Below, in pieces: positions 1 through 13,814 of a stretch of 64,000 nt of DNA (within the stretch, counting starts at the first letter, position 1; each line of letters opens with the position of its first letter). Source of the DNA: Octopus sinensis (Eukaryota). The notes below the pieces were generated by a model. That model ran no database searches. It was not told where the DNA came from and saw nothing but the letters and a program-made list of their open reading frames with translations. The stretch is taken from the NCBI RefSeq assembly GCF_006345805.1, contig NC_043015.1, forward strand, positions 14,508,001-14,572,000, written 5' to 3'. Position numbers and translations under genes: made by a program.

Positions 1-775
1 TTGTTTAATAAACATGGCAGAACCATTTTTAACATGTTGCATTCAGAAAACATAGAAGAAAACTAGGTGGGGGATATATATTTAAATGCTGAATTTGATT
101 TTTTTAAAGATTAGTGAGAAAAATTCAACCCAGATGGTTTAATTTCTAATGAAATTAAGTTTTGGCTTTTCTGTATGTTTAAAAAGAAGGATGATTTATT
201 TATTAATTACCATTATTAACCTATGGCTGAATTGTTATGAGTAGTTTGAAATTTGAATTCATTCATTTAAATTATACAAAAGAAAAAGAAATGTGATTAG
301 TGTTATAGAAAAAAAGGATTTATCAATTAAAAGTTTTTGTATTATAATTAGCATTTTAAATTTTTAGAAGTGTAATTAATGAAGAATTTAATCACAGTGT
401 GACTCCAAAATCATGTTATTTCAAAAAAGATGTGACCTCTTGACTGATACAACTGTATCATTCAAGAGGTTAAATCTTTCACATTTAAACCAGCCATATC
501 TGGCCAAAATAACCTACCTGCTTTATGTTCAGGCTGGTCAGGTCCAGCGCCTCTCACACCTACCCTACAATATTGTTCTAAAAGTAAACAGTCATATCAT
601 TGAAATCTCAAAGCAACAAGATAATGCATGATTAATTCAAAGCAATGTGAGTAAATAAGCATTACATTTGATAGAGAAATGTAAATGCTAGAGAGTTAAA
701 GTAATGACTGGACTATAGAAGATTAACATGATAAACCCGTTTGATAAAATCATTCTAGAAGTTGAAATTATTTAA

Positions 776-960
776 GCTGTGTGCCACTCCCAAACAGTGG
801 AAGGAATCTGGGGTAGAGGGAGACCCAGGAAGACATGGGATGAGGTGGTGAAGCATGACCTTCGAACATTGGGCCTCACAGAGGCAATGACGAAAGACCG
901 AGACCTCTGGAGATATGCTGTGACTGAGAAAACCCAGCAAATAAAGTGAGTTCACAGTTG
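776..960 (+). mobile_element. RTE 3' ORF fragment
   Basis: Matches the GRPRKTWDEVVKHDL region of the other copies. Confidence 0.85.
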
Positions 961-1101
961 TAACCTACAACAGTGTCACATAACCAGTCCACTCAAAAAG
1001 TCCACTGCTAATAAAACAATAAAATCCATTATCATCATTTTTTAATGCTAGAATGGAATATATTCCAGAGATTACTGTAAGTTAGAATTGTGAATCTTTA
1101 A

Positions 1102-1300
1102 CCTTTTTGATACCAACCTAACTCAAACTGCCTCTGGCTCTGTAGTACAAATGTCTTGTTTTCAAAAGTTTTGAATTCAAATCTTCCACCAAACCTTAGT
1201 CACAATTTATGTTCCTAACACTAGCTTAATAACTAATTTATTTTACTAAATTCTTTGTTATATTTAAAATTAATTGAAAAAAAACACAGAGCATCTCTAC
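1102..1300. mobile_element. piggyBac-type MITE, same family as 34841, one end lost
   Basis: TTAA-CCTTTTTG end; internal sequence is the reverse complement of the 34841 copy. Confidence 0.8.
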
Positions 1301-1877
1301 TTTGGATGATTTTGAAAAGGGTTTGGGCATTTAATCTGAAATTACTCAAATTCAGGAGAGTATTGAAGTTCGCTTGAATCATTGTGTATTGTTTGTAAAG
1401 AATAAAAAGTTTTGAATGGTACAACAATGCACTATAATACAGATAATGGGCTATATACCTGTTGCAACTTAGTCATTCATAGTCTGATATATTTCAGATA
1501 TGATATTCCTTCTTCAGATATTCATAACTTATTTCTTATGAGCTATATTTACTCACTGTGTATTGTTTGAAAGTTTTTGACTTGTTACATGTTCCACTAC
1601 TTCTACAGCCACCATATTTAGTATACCTGTAATCATTTAATTTCCTTTCTTTTCCTTGAGTTAGAGAATAAACCTCAAAATATACAATTTTCAAATGACT
1701 GAAAACATTCAGAGAATTAAATTAAATTTATTGTTGGTTATCTAGGATTGTAAATAAATGATTAATTTTAAACATAGTGAAATCTACAGTTATAAAAGGT
1801 ACAGATGAGTGACATTAAAAATGTAAGACTTGTTAGTACTTGAACTTTATTGACACCTTGATGTAAAGATTACTATA

Positions 1878-2230
1878 GGTGCAGGCATGGCTGTGTGGTA
1901 AAAAGTTTGCTTCCCAACCACATGGTTCCAAGTCCATTGTGTGGCACTTTAGGTGAATGTTTTTTATCATAGCCTTGGGCTGAAAAATCTTGTGAGTTGG
2001 ATTTGGTAGATGAAAACTGAGAGAAGCCCACCGTGTATGTGTCTTTTTGTTTGTCCCCCACTACCACTTGACAGCTGGTGTTGGTTTATGTTTTTATAAT
2101 GTAGCAGTTTGGCAAAAAGAGATCAATTAGAATACATGCTAAGTTAAAAAAGATAAGCATTGGGGGTGATTTGTTTGACTAAACCCTTCAAAGCAGTGCC
2201 CCAGCATGGCCACAGTCCAATGACTGAAGT
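1878..2230 (+). mobile_element. tRNA-derived SINE, family A
   Basis: Head ggtgcaggcatggctgtgtggt with A/B-box-like motifs; tail cagtccaatgactgaa; many homologues in the window. Confidence 0.85.
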
Positions 2231-3111
2231 GTAATGAGGTACCTTGTGCAACAAAATGTTTGCTCACAACCAATCCTGGTTGGTTTATGTGTTTAGTTGC
2301 CTTAGTGATTAAAATAATTTAAAGGTATTTTCCCCTTCATATTTCTTTTTATTGACACTGAGTTCTGATGGTGAATTTGAAGATAAAAAAAAATTTAACA
2401 TACTAAAAAAAAAAAAGTTGTAAGTTTATTTAACACAATATGAGCATTAGTCTTTCTGATGCCTGTAACAATGAAAATTAAGTTAAAGAGGGGAAAAATA
2501 TGCAGTAATTAGTTTTGATGAGCACACAAAAATTGGATAAAGATATAACAAGATTATGACAAGCTTTTTATAGATTATTTTTATACTTTGCTAATGTTTA
2601 CATAATGCAACAAAATTTCTGTTTACTTAAAATGTGAATATCTGTTTTCATATTTTACAAATTATGAAGGAATTTTATCTCAAGACATGATTTATAAATA
2701 TCAGTTTATTTCTTCAATCAAAAAAAAAAAAAAAATGTTATAGGAGGCACTTAATTAAAAACTAGTTATTTTTTTTTTTCTCTCTAGTTTCAGCTCAGAG
2801 CTGTGGCACCGCTGTTTGCAGCCTTACACAAATACTTCTTTTTTTTATCTAATTTCAGTTTTGTTTCACTGTATTTAGCAATAGTTTTGGTCCTTTCTTT
2901 TTTTTATTTTTTCCCATCTATATTTCTAGATGGAGAAAATTATTTCAATAGGGTTCAGCTTGCAGCAAGTAACAGAAATTTTTGTAGTTCTGTATGATGT
3001 TCTGTTTGATGTGTTCTTCTATTTTCAGTTATAATAATAGGATTTTAGTCACTACAATAACTAGTTTTGTTACTTATATATTATCCCTTTAAACTAATAT
3101 TCACGACAACA

Positions 3112-3545
3112 CTCATCATCGTCATCATTTAACATCTGCTTTTCAAGCTGGCATGGGTTAAATGGTTTGAATGGAACTGGTAAGCTGGAGCACTGCACCA
3201 GGTTCCAGTCTGATTCGGAATGGTTTTTACAGCTAGATGCCCTTTCTAACATCAACCACTCTAAGTGTAATGGGTACTTTTTATGTACCACTGGCACAGA
3301 TGCCATTTATATTACATTGGCAACATCTTATGGAGTTTCTACCTATGCCTTTTCTACAGATTGAGCAGGGCCATCTACCTGAAGGGATTCGTGATTTGTC
3401 TGCTTTCCTACTTACTAAGACTTTGATTTTTGTTAGATTAACTCTAAGGCCCTTTGATCCTAGACCTTGCTTCCAACCTGGAATTTCATCTCTAATTTTG
3501 AAAGTGATCCAGCTATAAGAGCAAGGTCATCAGCATAGAGGAACA
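3112..3545 (-). mobile_element. Internally deleted RTE fragment (RT piece joined to 3' tail)
   Basis: Reverse complement of the RTE GRWPCSICRKG segment and of the 3'UTR with GAT tail. Confidence 0.8.
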
Positions 3546-3937
3546 CCTAATACTGCTGTCTTTCTGTTATTTGAATGGCATGGCTCAGCATCCCTCATGA
3601 TAACAACGACCCAGCTAATACTTTTTTAATCAACCTGTGGGTAGTTGTGAGGCCAAAATTCTGAAAGACCTAATAAATGTTTGTAAAATATGTGAAATTC
3701 CAAAGAAGTGAAATAAAATGAATGCAAAGCTATGTAAGTCAATGACTCTACCATGCTACATGAATAAATACATGTAGTAAACCATCGACAGATTTTCTAT
3801 TTGATAAAAAGATTCCAATGAGTGACAGGTGCTAAAACTCATTAATTTTCAAATGAAATAATCTGTTTAAAATCTACTTGTAGAGTTCTAAATAAAAGAA
3901 AAGAAACACTTCTGTAGAATGTGTGTGTGTATGTATG

Positions 3938-3968
<31 letters not shown>

Positions 3969-4125
3969 TTAAAGAGAGAGAGAGAGAGAAATAATTGAGA
4001 AAATAGGTTCCAACATCAAATGTATTCAATCAAAGGTGGAAGGGAATTAAGATATTAAGGTTTATAAATTATGAAAATTATGTTGTGAATAAATACTAAT
4101 CCAGTACTTTTTTTCTTATGTATAG

Positions 4126-4219
4126 TTTCGATTTTTGTACGTCTGATGAATCACACTCTCCTGTAGAAAACCTTGGTCAAGTTGTATTTGGTGAAAGGAT
4201 ACGACCGTCTCCATATGAG
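4126..4219 (+). CDS. TM9SF2: TM9SF2 coding exon 1 of 16 in window (FDFCTSDESHSPVENLGQVVFGERIRPSPYE)
   Basis: tatag acceptor and gtaaaa donor; phase 2 start; the ENLGQVxFGERI motif of TM9SF/EMP70 proteins; earlier exons lie outside the window. Confidence 0.95.
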
Positions 4220-5482
4220 GTAAAAATTTGTGGATTTTTTTTTCATTATCTTGGATATAAATTAGGATAATAACACACATACTCATACACAACTATATAT
4301 ACATAAGTGAGTGGACAAACAAAAGGAAAAAGCACCCAACACATTTAGTAGGAGTTACATGTACTATTATTTAAAACAGTTTGCTTTAGCTCCATGAAAT
4401 ATAAAGTTTTGCAGGCTTCTAGCAGAAACCCCAAATGGCTGCCATCTTGAATTTCCTGTTTTTCTCTGTTCAGTAATCATAGCCTGAATAAGATGGGGTT
4501 CTGTCAGAAGCTTGCCAAACTTTAAATCTCATGGAGCCAAATCAAACATAGCAACAACAACAACAATAATAATAACGGTTTCGAATTTTGCCACAAGGGC
4601 AGCAGTTTTGGGGAAAGGGATGAGTTGATGACATTAACCCCAGTGTTCAGCTGGTACTTATTTCATTGACCCCAAAAGGATGAAAGGTAAAGTCGACCGC
4701 GGCAGAAATTGAACTCAGAATTTAGCAACGGGCAAAATGCCGCTAAGCATTTCGTTCAGCATGCTAACGATTCTGCCAATAATAATAATAATTAAGGTTT
4801 CAAATTTTCACACAAGGCCAACAGTTTCAGGGGAGAGGGTAAGCCGATTACATCTAACCCAGTGCCCAACTGGTACTTATCTTATCAACCGTCAAAGGAT
4901 GAAAGGCAAAGGCGATCTTGGTGGAATTTGAACTCTGTATATATGCATGTGTATGTGTCTATATATGTATGTTTGTATATATATATATGCATGTGTATGT
5001 ATATATGTATATGTGTGTGTGTGTGTATATACATAGGTATATATACATGTGTTTGTATGTGCATACCCAACAAAAAATCCAACAATTCAACACAACAGTT
5101 CTCAGCAACAACAATCAACAAATCCAACAAACCGACACAAACACTTCCAAAGTAGCAAGTCCGCTAGTTGAGATACCTGCCAAGCCTTCACAAATATATA
5201 TATTTACAGTGAAATCTATTCACTGGTTACCATAATTAGAAATATTGAATTTCTAAATGTCTCAAAGAGAAATGAGCTGTGGTGGAGCGATATAGTGGTT
5301 GTATAATGTCAACATAACATGACAGTCCCGTAAAGGGAATTACACTACTGCTATATAGCCCTAGGAAGCATTGACGCTTCCTGTCGGCTTTGACACATTT
5401 CCTGTGTCCTTATATTTGCGAATATATATATATATATATATGTATAAATATATATATATATATTCGCAAATATATATATATA

Positions 5483-6440
5483 TTAGAATACGAATAACCT
5501 GAGCAAAGTTTAGAAAGCTTCTACCCCTACTGGTGACAAAGGGTCTCTTGCTCAGAGTGAAAGGTAGATTGTACAATGCATGTGTGCGAACTGCCATGCT
5601 TCACGGTAGTGAAACATGGGCTGTGACAGCAGAGGACATGCGTAGGCTTGAAAGAAATGAAGCTAGCATGATCCGCTGGATGTGTAATGTCAGTGTGCAC
5701 ACACGACAGAGTGTAAGCGCCTTGAGAGAAATGCTGGACATAAGAAGCATCAGATGTGGTGTGCAAGAGAGACGTTTGCGCTGGTATGGTCATGTACTGC
5801 GGATGGATGAGGAGAGATGTGTGAAGAAGTGCCACTGCCAAGCAGTTGAAGATATCTGGGGGAGAGGTAGACCCAGGAAGACATGGGATGAGGTGGTCAA
5901 GCATGACCTTCGAACATTGGGCCTCACATAGACAATGACAAAAGACCGAGACCTCTGGAGATATGCTGTGACTCCAAAGACCTGACAAATAGTGTGAGTT
6001 TATGGCTGCTTCCTGCACCAGCTTTGCATAGCCCCAGCCCATCCAAAGTACCTTGTATTGCAGAATGACCTGCTGTGCTTACCTTGGATCGTAGGGTAAC
6101 GTGCTGTGCTTGAGAAGACCTACTGAGTCAAGTACATCAACATCAAAATAAATATCAAATGGAAATTGTAGTTGTGATACCTGTGCTGGTGGCATGTAAA
6201 AAGTACCATCTGAATGTAGCTTATGCCAGCGCCGCCTTGACTGGCTTCTGTGCTGATGGCACGTAAAAACCACCCACTACACTCACGGAGTGATTGGCGT
6301 TAGGAAAGCCATCCAGCTGTAGAAACACTGCCGGATCTGACTGGAGCCTAGTGCAGCCTCCTGGCTTCCCAGACCCCGGTCGAACCATCCAACCCCTGCT
6401 AGCATGGAAAGCGGATGTTAAACGATGTTGATAATGATGA
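5483..6440 (+). mobile_element. RTE LINE 3' fragment with 3'UTR and (GAT)n tail
   Basis: ORF 5533-5931 (KGRLYNACVR...RLRWYGHV...GRGRPRKTW); starts in a (TA)n run. Confidence 0.92.
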
Positions 6441-7733
6441 TATCATAGTCCTCCAGTCAATAACGGAGGAATTCAAGACAGGATGCCCCTGGGAGCTCCT
6501 CTATGCTGATGACCTTGCTCTAATTGCTGAGTCACTATCAGAACTAGAGAAGTTTCAAGTGTGGAAACAAGGATTAAAATCGAAGGGCCTTAGAGTCAAC
6601 CTAGCTAAAACAAAAGTCCTAATAAGTAGGAAGGCAGGCAAACCACAAATCCCTTCAGGTAGATGGCCCTGCTCAATCTGTAGAAAAGGCGGAGGTTGAA
6701 ACTCTATAAGATGTACCCAGTGTAAGCTATGGACACATAAGAGGTGCAGCAATATCAAAGGAAGGCTAACTGGGAAGATAGTTTTTATATGTGGCAAATG
6801 CTCAGGTGCTATAAACACTGGAAATGTCCAGAAAACAGCTTCCATTACATACCAGGGGAAAAAAAAACTAAAAGTAGTTGATAGCTTCCATTATGTAGGT
6901 GACCAAGTCAGTATGGGAGGGGGCAAGCTCTGAGAGGGTAGCTGCTAGAGTAAGAATAACCTGGGCAAAGTTCAGAGAGCTCCTACTTCTGCTGGTTATA
7001 AAGGGCCTCTTGCTCAGAGTAAAAGGTAACTGTATGATTCATGTATGCGAACAGCCATACTACATGACAGTGAAACATGGGTTGTGACTGCTGAGCACAT
7101 GTGTAAGCTTGCAAGGAATGAAGCTCGTATGCTCTGCTGGATGTGTAATGTCAGTGTGCATACACAACAGAGTGTAAGAACCCCGAGAGAAAAGTTAAAT
7201 TTAAGAAGCATCAGATGTGGTGTGCAAGAGAGACGACTGCACTGATATGGTAATGTGTTATGTATGGATGAGGTCAGCTGTGTGAATAAGTACCACATCC
7301 TAGCGGTTGAGGGAACTTGTGAAAGGGGTAGACCCAGGAACACCTGGGATGATGTGGTGAAGTACAACCTTTGCATATTGAGCCTCATGGAGACAATGAC
7401 AAGTGATTGAGACCTTTGGAGATATGCTGTACTTGAGAAAACCTGGGAAGCCAAGTAAGACTGTAACCATGGCCTATGCCAGTGCAGCATAACCGGCCCA
7501 TTTAAGAATACCCTTCAATCGTTGGACAATATACTGTGCTTGCGAAGACCTGTTGAGTCAAGTAGTGGCTGATGACAGTACCGCCTGATTGGCACCCATA
7601 CCGGTGGTATGTAAAAAGCACCATTGAAGTGTGGTTGATGTCAGTACTGCTTGACTGGCCCTCGTGCTGGTGGCACATAAAAGGCACCCACTACACTCTT
7701 GGAGTGGTTGGTGTTAGAAGGACATCCAGTTGA
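6441..7733 (+). mobile_element. Second RTE LINE fragment directly after the first tail
   Basis: PWELLYADDL...GLRVNLAKTK peptides, then a frameshifted C-terminus and partial 3'UTR. Confidence 0.92.
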
Positions 7734-8691
7734 TATACAAATTTCACGAAGTGGGAATAGACACAACTGTCTTCACATGATGTACTTCAGCTTATTCTAA
7801 TAAACACGATACTTCAATACATACAAAATCTCAATGATCTCCACGAACTCTCAATGGCTTTTATGACTTCTCGTTTCAACCAATATGCTACTCTTCATAA
7901 GAGTTTGGCCAATCCATTCTTCCAATCCCACACAGCTGTCAATGACTCTCGCCACAACAATCTTTGGCATTATTTCATAGGTCTTTTTAATTGTTATTGT
8001 ATATCTTTGTTTTTTTCTCTCTGTCTCAAGTGGTTAAGGTCAAGTAACTGATAAGCAAATCTGTGGCATTGAGCAGGCTTGTTACTATAATGATATTTCT
8101 GCTTCAGCACTGAATCTGAGGAGATTTGGTGAGGAGATAAAGGAAGGAATATAAAATAGACAATAGTGAATGAAAAATATAAATAAAAATGAAAAAAATA
8201 AATGTCTGAATAAGTAGATCAGAATGGATAAAGTAAATGAGAAGGAGCTTTTGTTGTCAGCTTTTTCCACTTTATCAGTCGTTAATCTTTCAGAATCTCT
8301 GCATCTATCATAAATTTGAAGTTTGTATTAATTAGCTAATTCTCAGTCATTTTTGTTTTTGAGTAATTAGATAAGTGTCTATAACTAAAAAAATTATATA
8401 TGTTAGACTAATATTGAAATATTCACTGTAACTCTAAGGTGGTGGATTGACTAAATTGATTGAGCATCCTAGAAAATAACTTACATTTGGTTGTATCCCT
8501 TCACATTCTTGAGTTCATATTTTATCTGGGTTCACTTTACTTTTCTTCCATCCATGGTTGATAAAATAGCACCAGTCTACAAATATTGAGGTTGATATAA
8601 CCGATTATGCTCATGAATTGAATACTCCATTTTGGTTGTCATAATCATCATTTAATGATGACAATGATGATGGCCAAAATGGAGTGCTTAA

Positions 8692-9779
8692 CCCTTTCGT
8701 TACTATATTTCTGACCAAAATACACCCCTTATGTGTTTCAATTAATTTCTAACATAATCATAAATTTAGTCTGGTTTCATTAAACAACTATAACTTTTTT
8801 ATTTATCAATATATTAACGTGAATTTTGGAAGATAATTTAATGAAATGTTCTCAACCAATTCTATACTATAATTTTTGTCACAAAGTGACTCTAATTGCA
8901 GGTAGATACAGGTAAATTCAACAAAATATAAAATTATTAAAATTTTGTTCAAACATCGCTATAGAAAATGGGTTATTAGCTAATATTCAATTGGGTATAC
9001 AACAAAATTTTACGATAGAATTTGTTATTCTGGGTAACTTTCTGATACCCATAATAATATTTATGGCAAAATAGTCTTAATTTCATTTAAGGTTGTAGGA
9101 AACCACTAACTATCCTTTCTTTTGCTTTGTTTACATTTAGCGTAACGGTTCGTTTCCGTCGTAATGATTTCAAATAGGCTCATTCGAAAAAGTAAAAAGA
9201 AATAGTCTAAGGCTTTACTCTTCTGGGAAAGTCTGTGGCTTGGTCCAGTTTCTTCAGAAAAATCACCGAAAGAAACAGTTTTTAAATTTTCACTCCATTC
9301 AGGTGCCAATTCATTTTCTTTATCGCTGTCGGAGCTCTCGGATTCACTGTTTTCACTTTCGGAAAATGAAACATCAGATTCATTATCAAATACCACATGC
9401 TTTTTTTTTTTTCAGTCATAGAGTTAGATTTATGAAGGTCTTCAGTAGAAAATCCTTCGAATTCTGACTTGCTGCTTGATATAATGAAATTCGTATCCAT
9501 TTTTTGTCAGAATTACAAATTTTGAAAACACAATAGGAACAAATTTCGAAAAGAAATCTCCCAAAATTCACGGAATTAAAATTACACTTCGATTTTTGTA
9601 CAAAACTGTAGTTGAACTCTTTACGAAGTATAATACGTATTTTCACGAATGTACCAAAGAGATTTGCTCTGATATTCTCATTTAAATATGAATAGGTAAA
9701 TTCGGGCGGCTTTGGGCGGTTTGGTCACATTAACCAAAATTTTTTTTGGGCGGTTTCGGGCGGTTTGGTAAAGAAAGAG
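8692..9779 (-). mobile_element. piggyBac deletion derivative with a transposase N-terminal remnant
   Basis: TTAA at 8688-8691 and 9780-9783; CCCTTTCGTTAC / CTCTTTCTTTAC termini; ORF 9106-9396 has the acidic N-terminus and GP...DYFFLLF...EII.TETNRYA motif of piggyBac/PGBD. Confidence 0.85.
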
Positions 9780-9800
9780 TTAAACAAAAAGAATAATATA

Positions 9801-10195
9801 CAAGTGTGGCTGTGTTGTAAGAAGTTTGTTTCCCAACCACATGCTTCTGGGTTCAGTCCCACTGTGTGGCACTTTGGGCAAGTGTCTTCTACTATAGCTT
9901 CAGGCCGGCCAAAGTCTTGTGAGTGGTAGACGGAAACTGGAAGAAGCCTGTGGTGTGTGTGTATCTCTTTGTATCTCCTTGCCTTGACATTGTATAGTAG
10001 TTCTAAAATGATTGTTACTGTCATACAGGCAGTGTCTTTCATTTCCAATATACTGCAAGAACATGTCTGGCTGTGGGGAAAGATTACCTTGCTTGGAAAC
10101 AGGTGAGGGTTGGTGGCAGGAAGGACATCCAACCATAGAAAATCTACCTCAATAAACTCCATCTAACCCATGCTAGCATAGAAAAGTGGATGTTG
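9801..10195 (+). mobile_element. SINE with a family A head and an RTE-like 3' tail
   Basis: Head shared with family A; tail resembles the RTE 3'UTR (aggaaggacatcc...catgctagcat.gaaaagtgga). Confidence 0.8.
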
Positions 10196-10303
10196 AATTA
10201 TGGTGATATTAAGCATGGTTGTGTGGTTAAGGAGCTTGCTTCTTGGCTATGTGGTCTTAGGTTCATTTCAACTGTGTAGCACCTTGGGCATGTCTCTACT
10301 ATA

Positions 10304-11702
10304 TGAGGGCTCATGAAAAGATATCGGGACTGATGCTATAAAAAGAAAACTACGACACATGTCAATTTGGCATTTAATCTCCTAAGAAACAGTCTCTTTC
10401 TGAAGCATTACCAATGATTGAAGCATCACTGGAACTCCTTTTTTGGGGATAGAGAGCTGCTTTCTCTTGGATTTCCTTGACATCTTGAAATTTTGTTCCT
10501 TTCAAGTGGGATTTGGTCTTTGGAAAGAGGAAAAAGATGCAAGCAGTGAGGTCTGAGGAAAATGGTGGTTGTTGGACCTGGGAGATGTGCTGGGTCAAAA
10601 AATCCTGTACAGGTTGCACTGAATGAGTAGGTGTGTTGTCATGGTGGAGTTGCCACTCACAGGATGCATGCAATTCTGTCCGTTTCTCATGAACAGCATC
10701 CTGCAAACATCACAACACGTCATAGTAGTACTCTTTGTTTACTGTCTGACTTGGTGGAACATACTCATGATGAACAATGCCCTTGTAGTCAAAGAAAAAT
10801 GTCAGCATTGTGTTCACATTGCTTTGACTCATTTGTTCTTTCTTTGGTTTCAGAGGTGTTGGGGATCTTCCACTGTGAAGACTGGGCCTTGGTTTCTGGA
10901 TCATAACCAAAGACCCACGATTCATCAACTGTTATGGCTCTCCTTACTCCTTTTACTCCTTTACTTGTCTCAGTCATTTGACTGTGGCCATGCTGGAGCA
11001 CTGCTTTTAGTCGGGCAAATCGACCCCGGGACTTATTCTTTGTAAGCCCAGTACTTATTCTATCGGTCTCTTTTGCCGAACCGCTGAGTGACGGGGACGT
11101 AAACACACCAGCATCGGTTGTCAAGCAATGCTAGGGGGACAAACACAGACACACAAACATATACACACACACATATATACGACGGGCTTCTTTCAGTTTC
11201 TGTCTACCAAATCCACTCACAAGGCATTGGTCGGCCCGGGGCTATAGCAGAAGACACTTGCCCAAGTTGCCACGCAGTGGGACTGAACCCGGAACCATGT
11301 GGTTGGTTAGCAAGCTACTTACCACACAGCCACTCCTGCGCCTATACAAAAAATTTTCATCTTCCTCAATACAATCTAGGAAATCCTGCACAGCTGAAAC
11401 CTGATCTCTTTGGTCAACTAAAAGCAGTTTTTGCAAACTTGGCAGACACGTGTCTTGTACCCAAACCTTCAGTAAGAATGGACTGAACTGAACTGTAACT
11501 AATGCCCACATCTGTGATGTTTTCATCAGTTGCAGATCTCCCAGAACGTGTGTCACTGTCAACATTTTGTCAGCCATCTTGGAAATGTTTGAGCCACTTG
11601 TACACTCATGTCCGACTCATACACTTCTTGCTGTACACTTTGTTTCATACATTGGCTCTGTTACCATAGCAACAGTCCTGATACTTTTTTTATCAGACCC
11701 CG
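10304..11702 (-). mobile_element. Decayed mariner (DD34D-type) element, internally deleted, interrupted by a SINE
   Basis: ITVDESWVFGYDPETKAQSSQW, FFDYKGIVHHEY, LHHDN peptides; imperfect TIRs near 10304 and 11673-11702; TA at the left end. Confidence 0.88.
10943..11342 (-). mobile_element. Young-looking full-length SINE, family A, inside the mariner
   Basis: CpG-rich and intact; splits the FLY/RAIT transposase peptide. Confidence 0.92.
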
Positions 11703-13585
11703 TGGCTCTGTCTCTGTTTCTCATCTTTTGTGATAAATATGTCTGACCATGGAAAAATATTACCGTGCTTGGAAACAAGTAAGGATTAGCAACAGGAAAG
11801 GCATCTGGCCTTAGAAAATCTCTCAACAGATTCTATCTGACCAATACAAGCATGGAAAAGTGGACATCAGATGTTGGTATATATGTGAAGATCTATGAAT
11901 CATTAATCTAAGAATAAATGTAACACTGTCAACATAATCAGTTAAAAACAGTTTTAATACATATTTCTTCTATAAAATATGGCAGTGTTGGCTATATGAC
12001 CCTTTCTTCATTTGTCATTTTTAAGCCTTTTTTAAAGTTCCTATAGTAATTGTTTAAGATAAATAAAACAAAATAGTATAGACTGGCAGGGCTGGTTTGG
12101 GCTGATTAGATCTCTAACTTAATCTCAACAAAAGTTTAACAATTTATCTTACTATCTCTTTATTAACAACAATGTTCCTTGTTGACCTCTTTTTTCACTT
12201 TCACAATGATAATCAGCTTTGAACTCTCTTATTGCTTATGAAAACTATAGTTCTTGTACCTTTAAGTGTGTACAGGTTACTTCAAAGTGAAGGCCTTGAC
12301 ATTTTATTGTGAGATTAACTATTTGAAAATGGAACTTTGCCACTTCAAAGTGAGAATAGTTATTTCTAAGGGAAATTAACCAAATAATTTATTTGATAGT
12401 AATTATAACATCAGAATGTTGCTTGTTAGTGAATTTTGTGGCAGATCCCATCTCATCTCTTCGTTTACCCTTCACAAGGTGATTGATGAATTGTTAATTG
12501 TTGCCTCATACAAATTGGCACACATTTCATCAACCTTTACATTATACATGCAACTTGTAGGTAATGTTTCTTATTTTCATGTCTGTATGATCTAAAATTA
12601 TTGTTTGTAGTCTTAGTAGTTAACTCCATGATCATCTGTGAGTGACTCTGGATACTTGCATCTTTGTTCTATAGAAAATGAGCTATGACGTATAGTACCA
12701 TCTATATAGGAGAAAATTGCTTAGAAGCAGCAGCAATTAGACTATTGATATTTACAGAAGAAAGTGTATGGGTGCTATACTGAAACTTGAAGCAAGAGTA
12801 GCCTAACTGGAAACTTCTAATCCAAGAAATGGAAGACAGACGCAACTTAGCTAGAAGGTCCTTGAATATTTGTTGTCAGATACTTTGCTGAAGTTCACAA
12901 GGATAAAGGACTACTTGTGAGTAATAAGAAAACATGTGTCTCCATGAGACTTGCATTCTTTATGTTAAGTCTTTTTGTCACAATGTAGTGAAAGAAATGT
13001 AAGGTGGATAGTTGACAGTGTCTGAGGGTTTACATTTTTGGGGATATTGTAGTGTTTGTTTTTCTTGAAGTTGGGGTAGATACCCACAAAAAAATTGAAG
13101 TTGAAGTGTTTGGTTAGGATAGATTCCAGTATGCATATAAACTATTTGATGTATTTGCAATAACAGTCTTAGGATAAGCAGAGATTGGGGGATGAGAGTG
13201 GCAGTTGTGTGTATGTGCTGTGTGGAATGGAAGCAAAATAATAAATATGGTCATTTTGTTCACAGGATTCATGTTTATAAGAGCCATTGGGTTGGGATAT
13301 ATGCTTAAGGAGCATTCCGCAGAGTTGAAAGAAATATTCTTGAACAGATTCTAAGCAGTCAGAAAGTATACTTAGAATCTGGGAGGCAAAAAAATTTGCA
13401 GGCTGTGTATGTACAAGACAAGTGTCTTGCATTAGTTACGATATTGTGTAAACATGTTAGAAAAATAGTGACCATAAGTGGTTTTCTCCTGGCTGGGAGT
13501 TTAGGCTCTACATTTGCATAGGAGTTATTGATGTTTGTGGACTATGGTTGTTTGAGTGCTGTTAAGGAATACATCTATGAGTATT

Positions 13586-13814
13586 TATTTCATTACTACC
13601 CACAAGGGGCTAAACACAGAGGGGACAAACAAGGACAGACAAAAGGATTAAATCGATTACATCGACCCCAGTGCGTAACTGGTACTTATTTAATCGACCC
13701 CGAAAGGATGAAAGGCAAAGTCGACCTCGGCGGAATTTGAACTCATAACGTAACGGCAGACGAAATACGGCTACGCATTTCGCCCGACATGCTAACGTTT
13801 CTGCCAGCTCGCCC
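13586..13814 (-). mobile_element. Young-looking SINE, family B
   Basis: ggcgagctggcagaaacgttagc head; gccttTCATCCTTTCGGGGTCGAT core. Confidence 0.9.

Noticed and set aside
1878-1960. tRNA-like heads in SINEs
   Set aside because: No cloverleaf can be completed; they are SINE promoters, not tRNA genes.
1-4125. Search for TM9SF2 upstream exons (signal peptide, FVNRLDSVESVxPYEY)
   Set aside because: No matching peptide with splice sites was found; these exons must lie before the window.
4143-4172. CTGATGA...GAAA inside the first TM9SF2 exon
   Set aside because: No stems can form; it is explained by codons (SDE...VEN).
12800-13450. Possible ancient PLE/LINE relic (minus strand HFNFNFFVGIYP...YNIP-like peptide)
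   Set aside because: Too degenerate to assign without a profile search.
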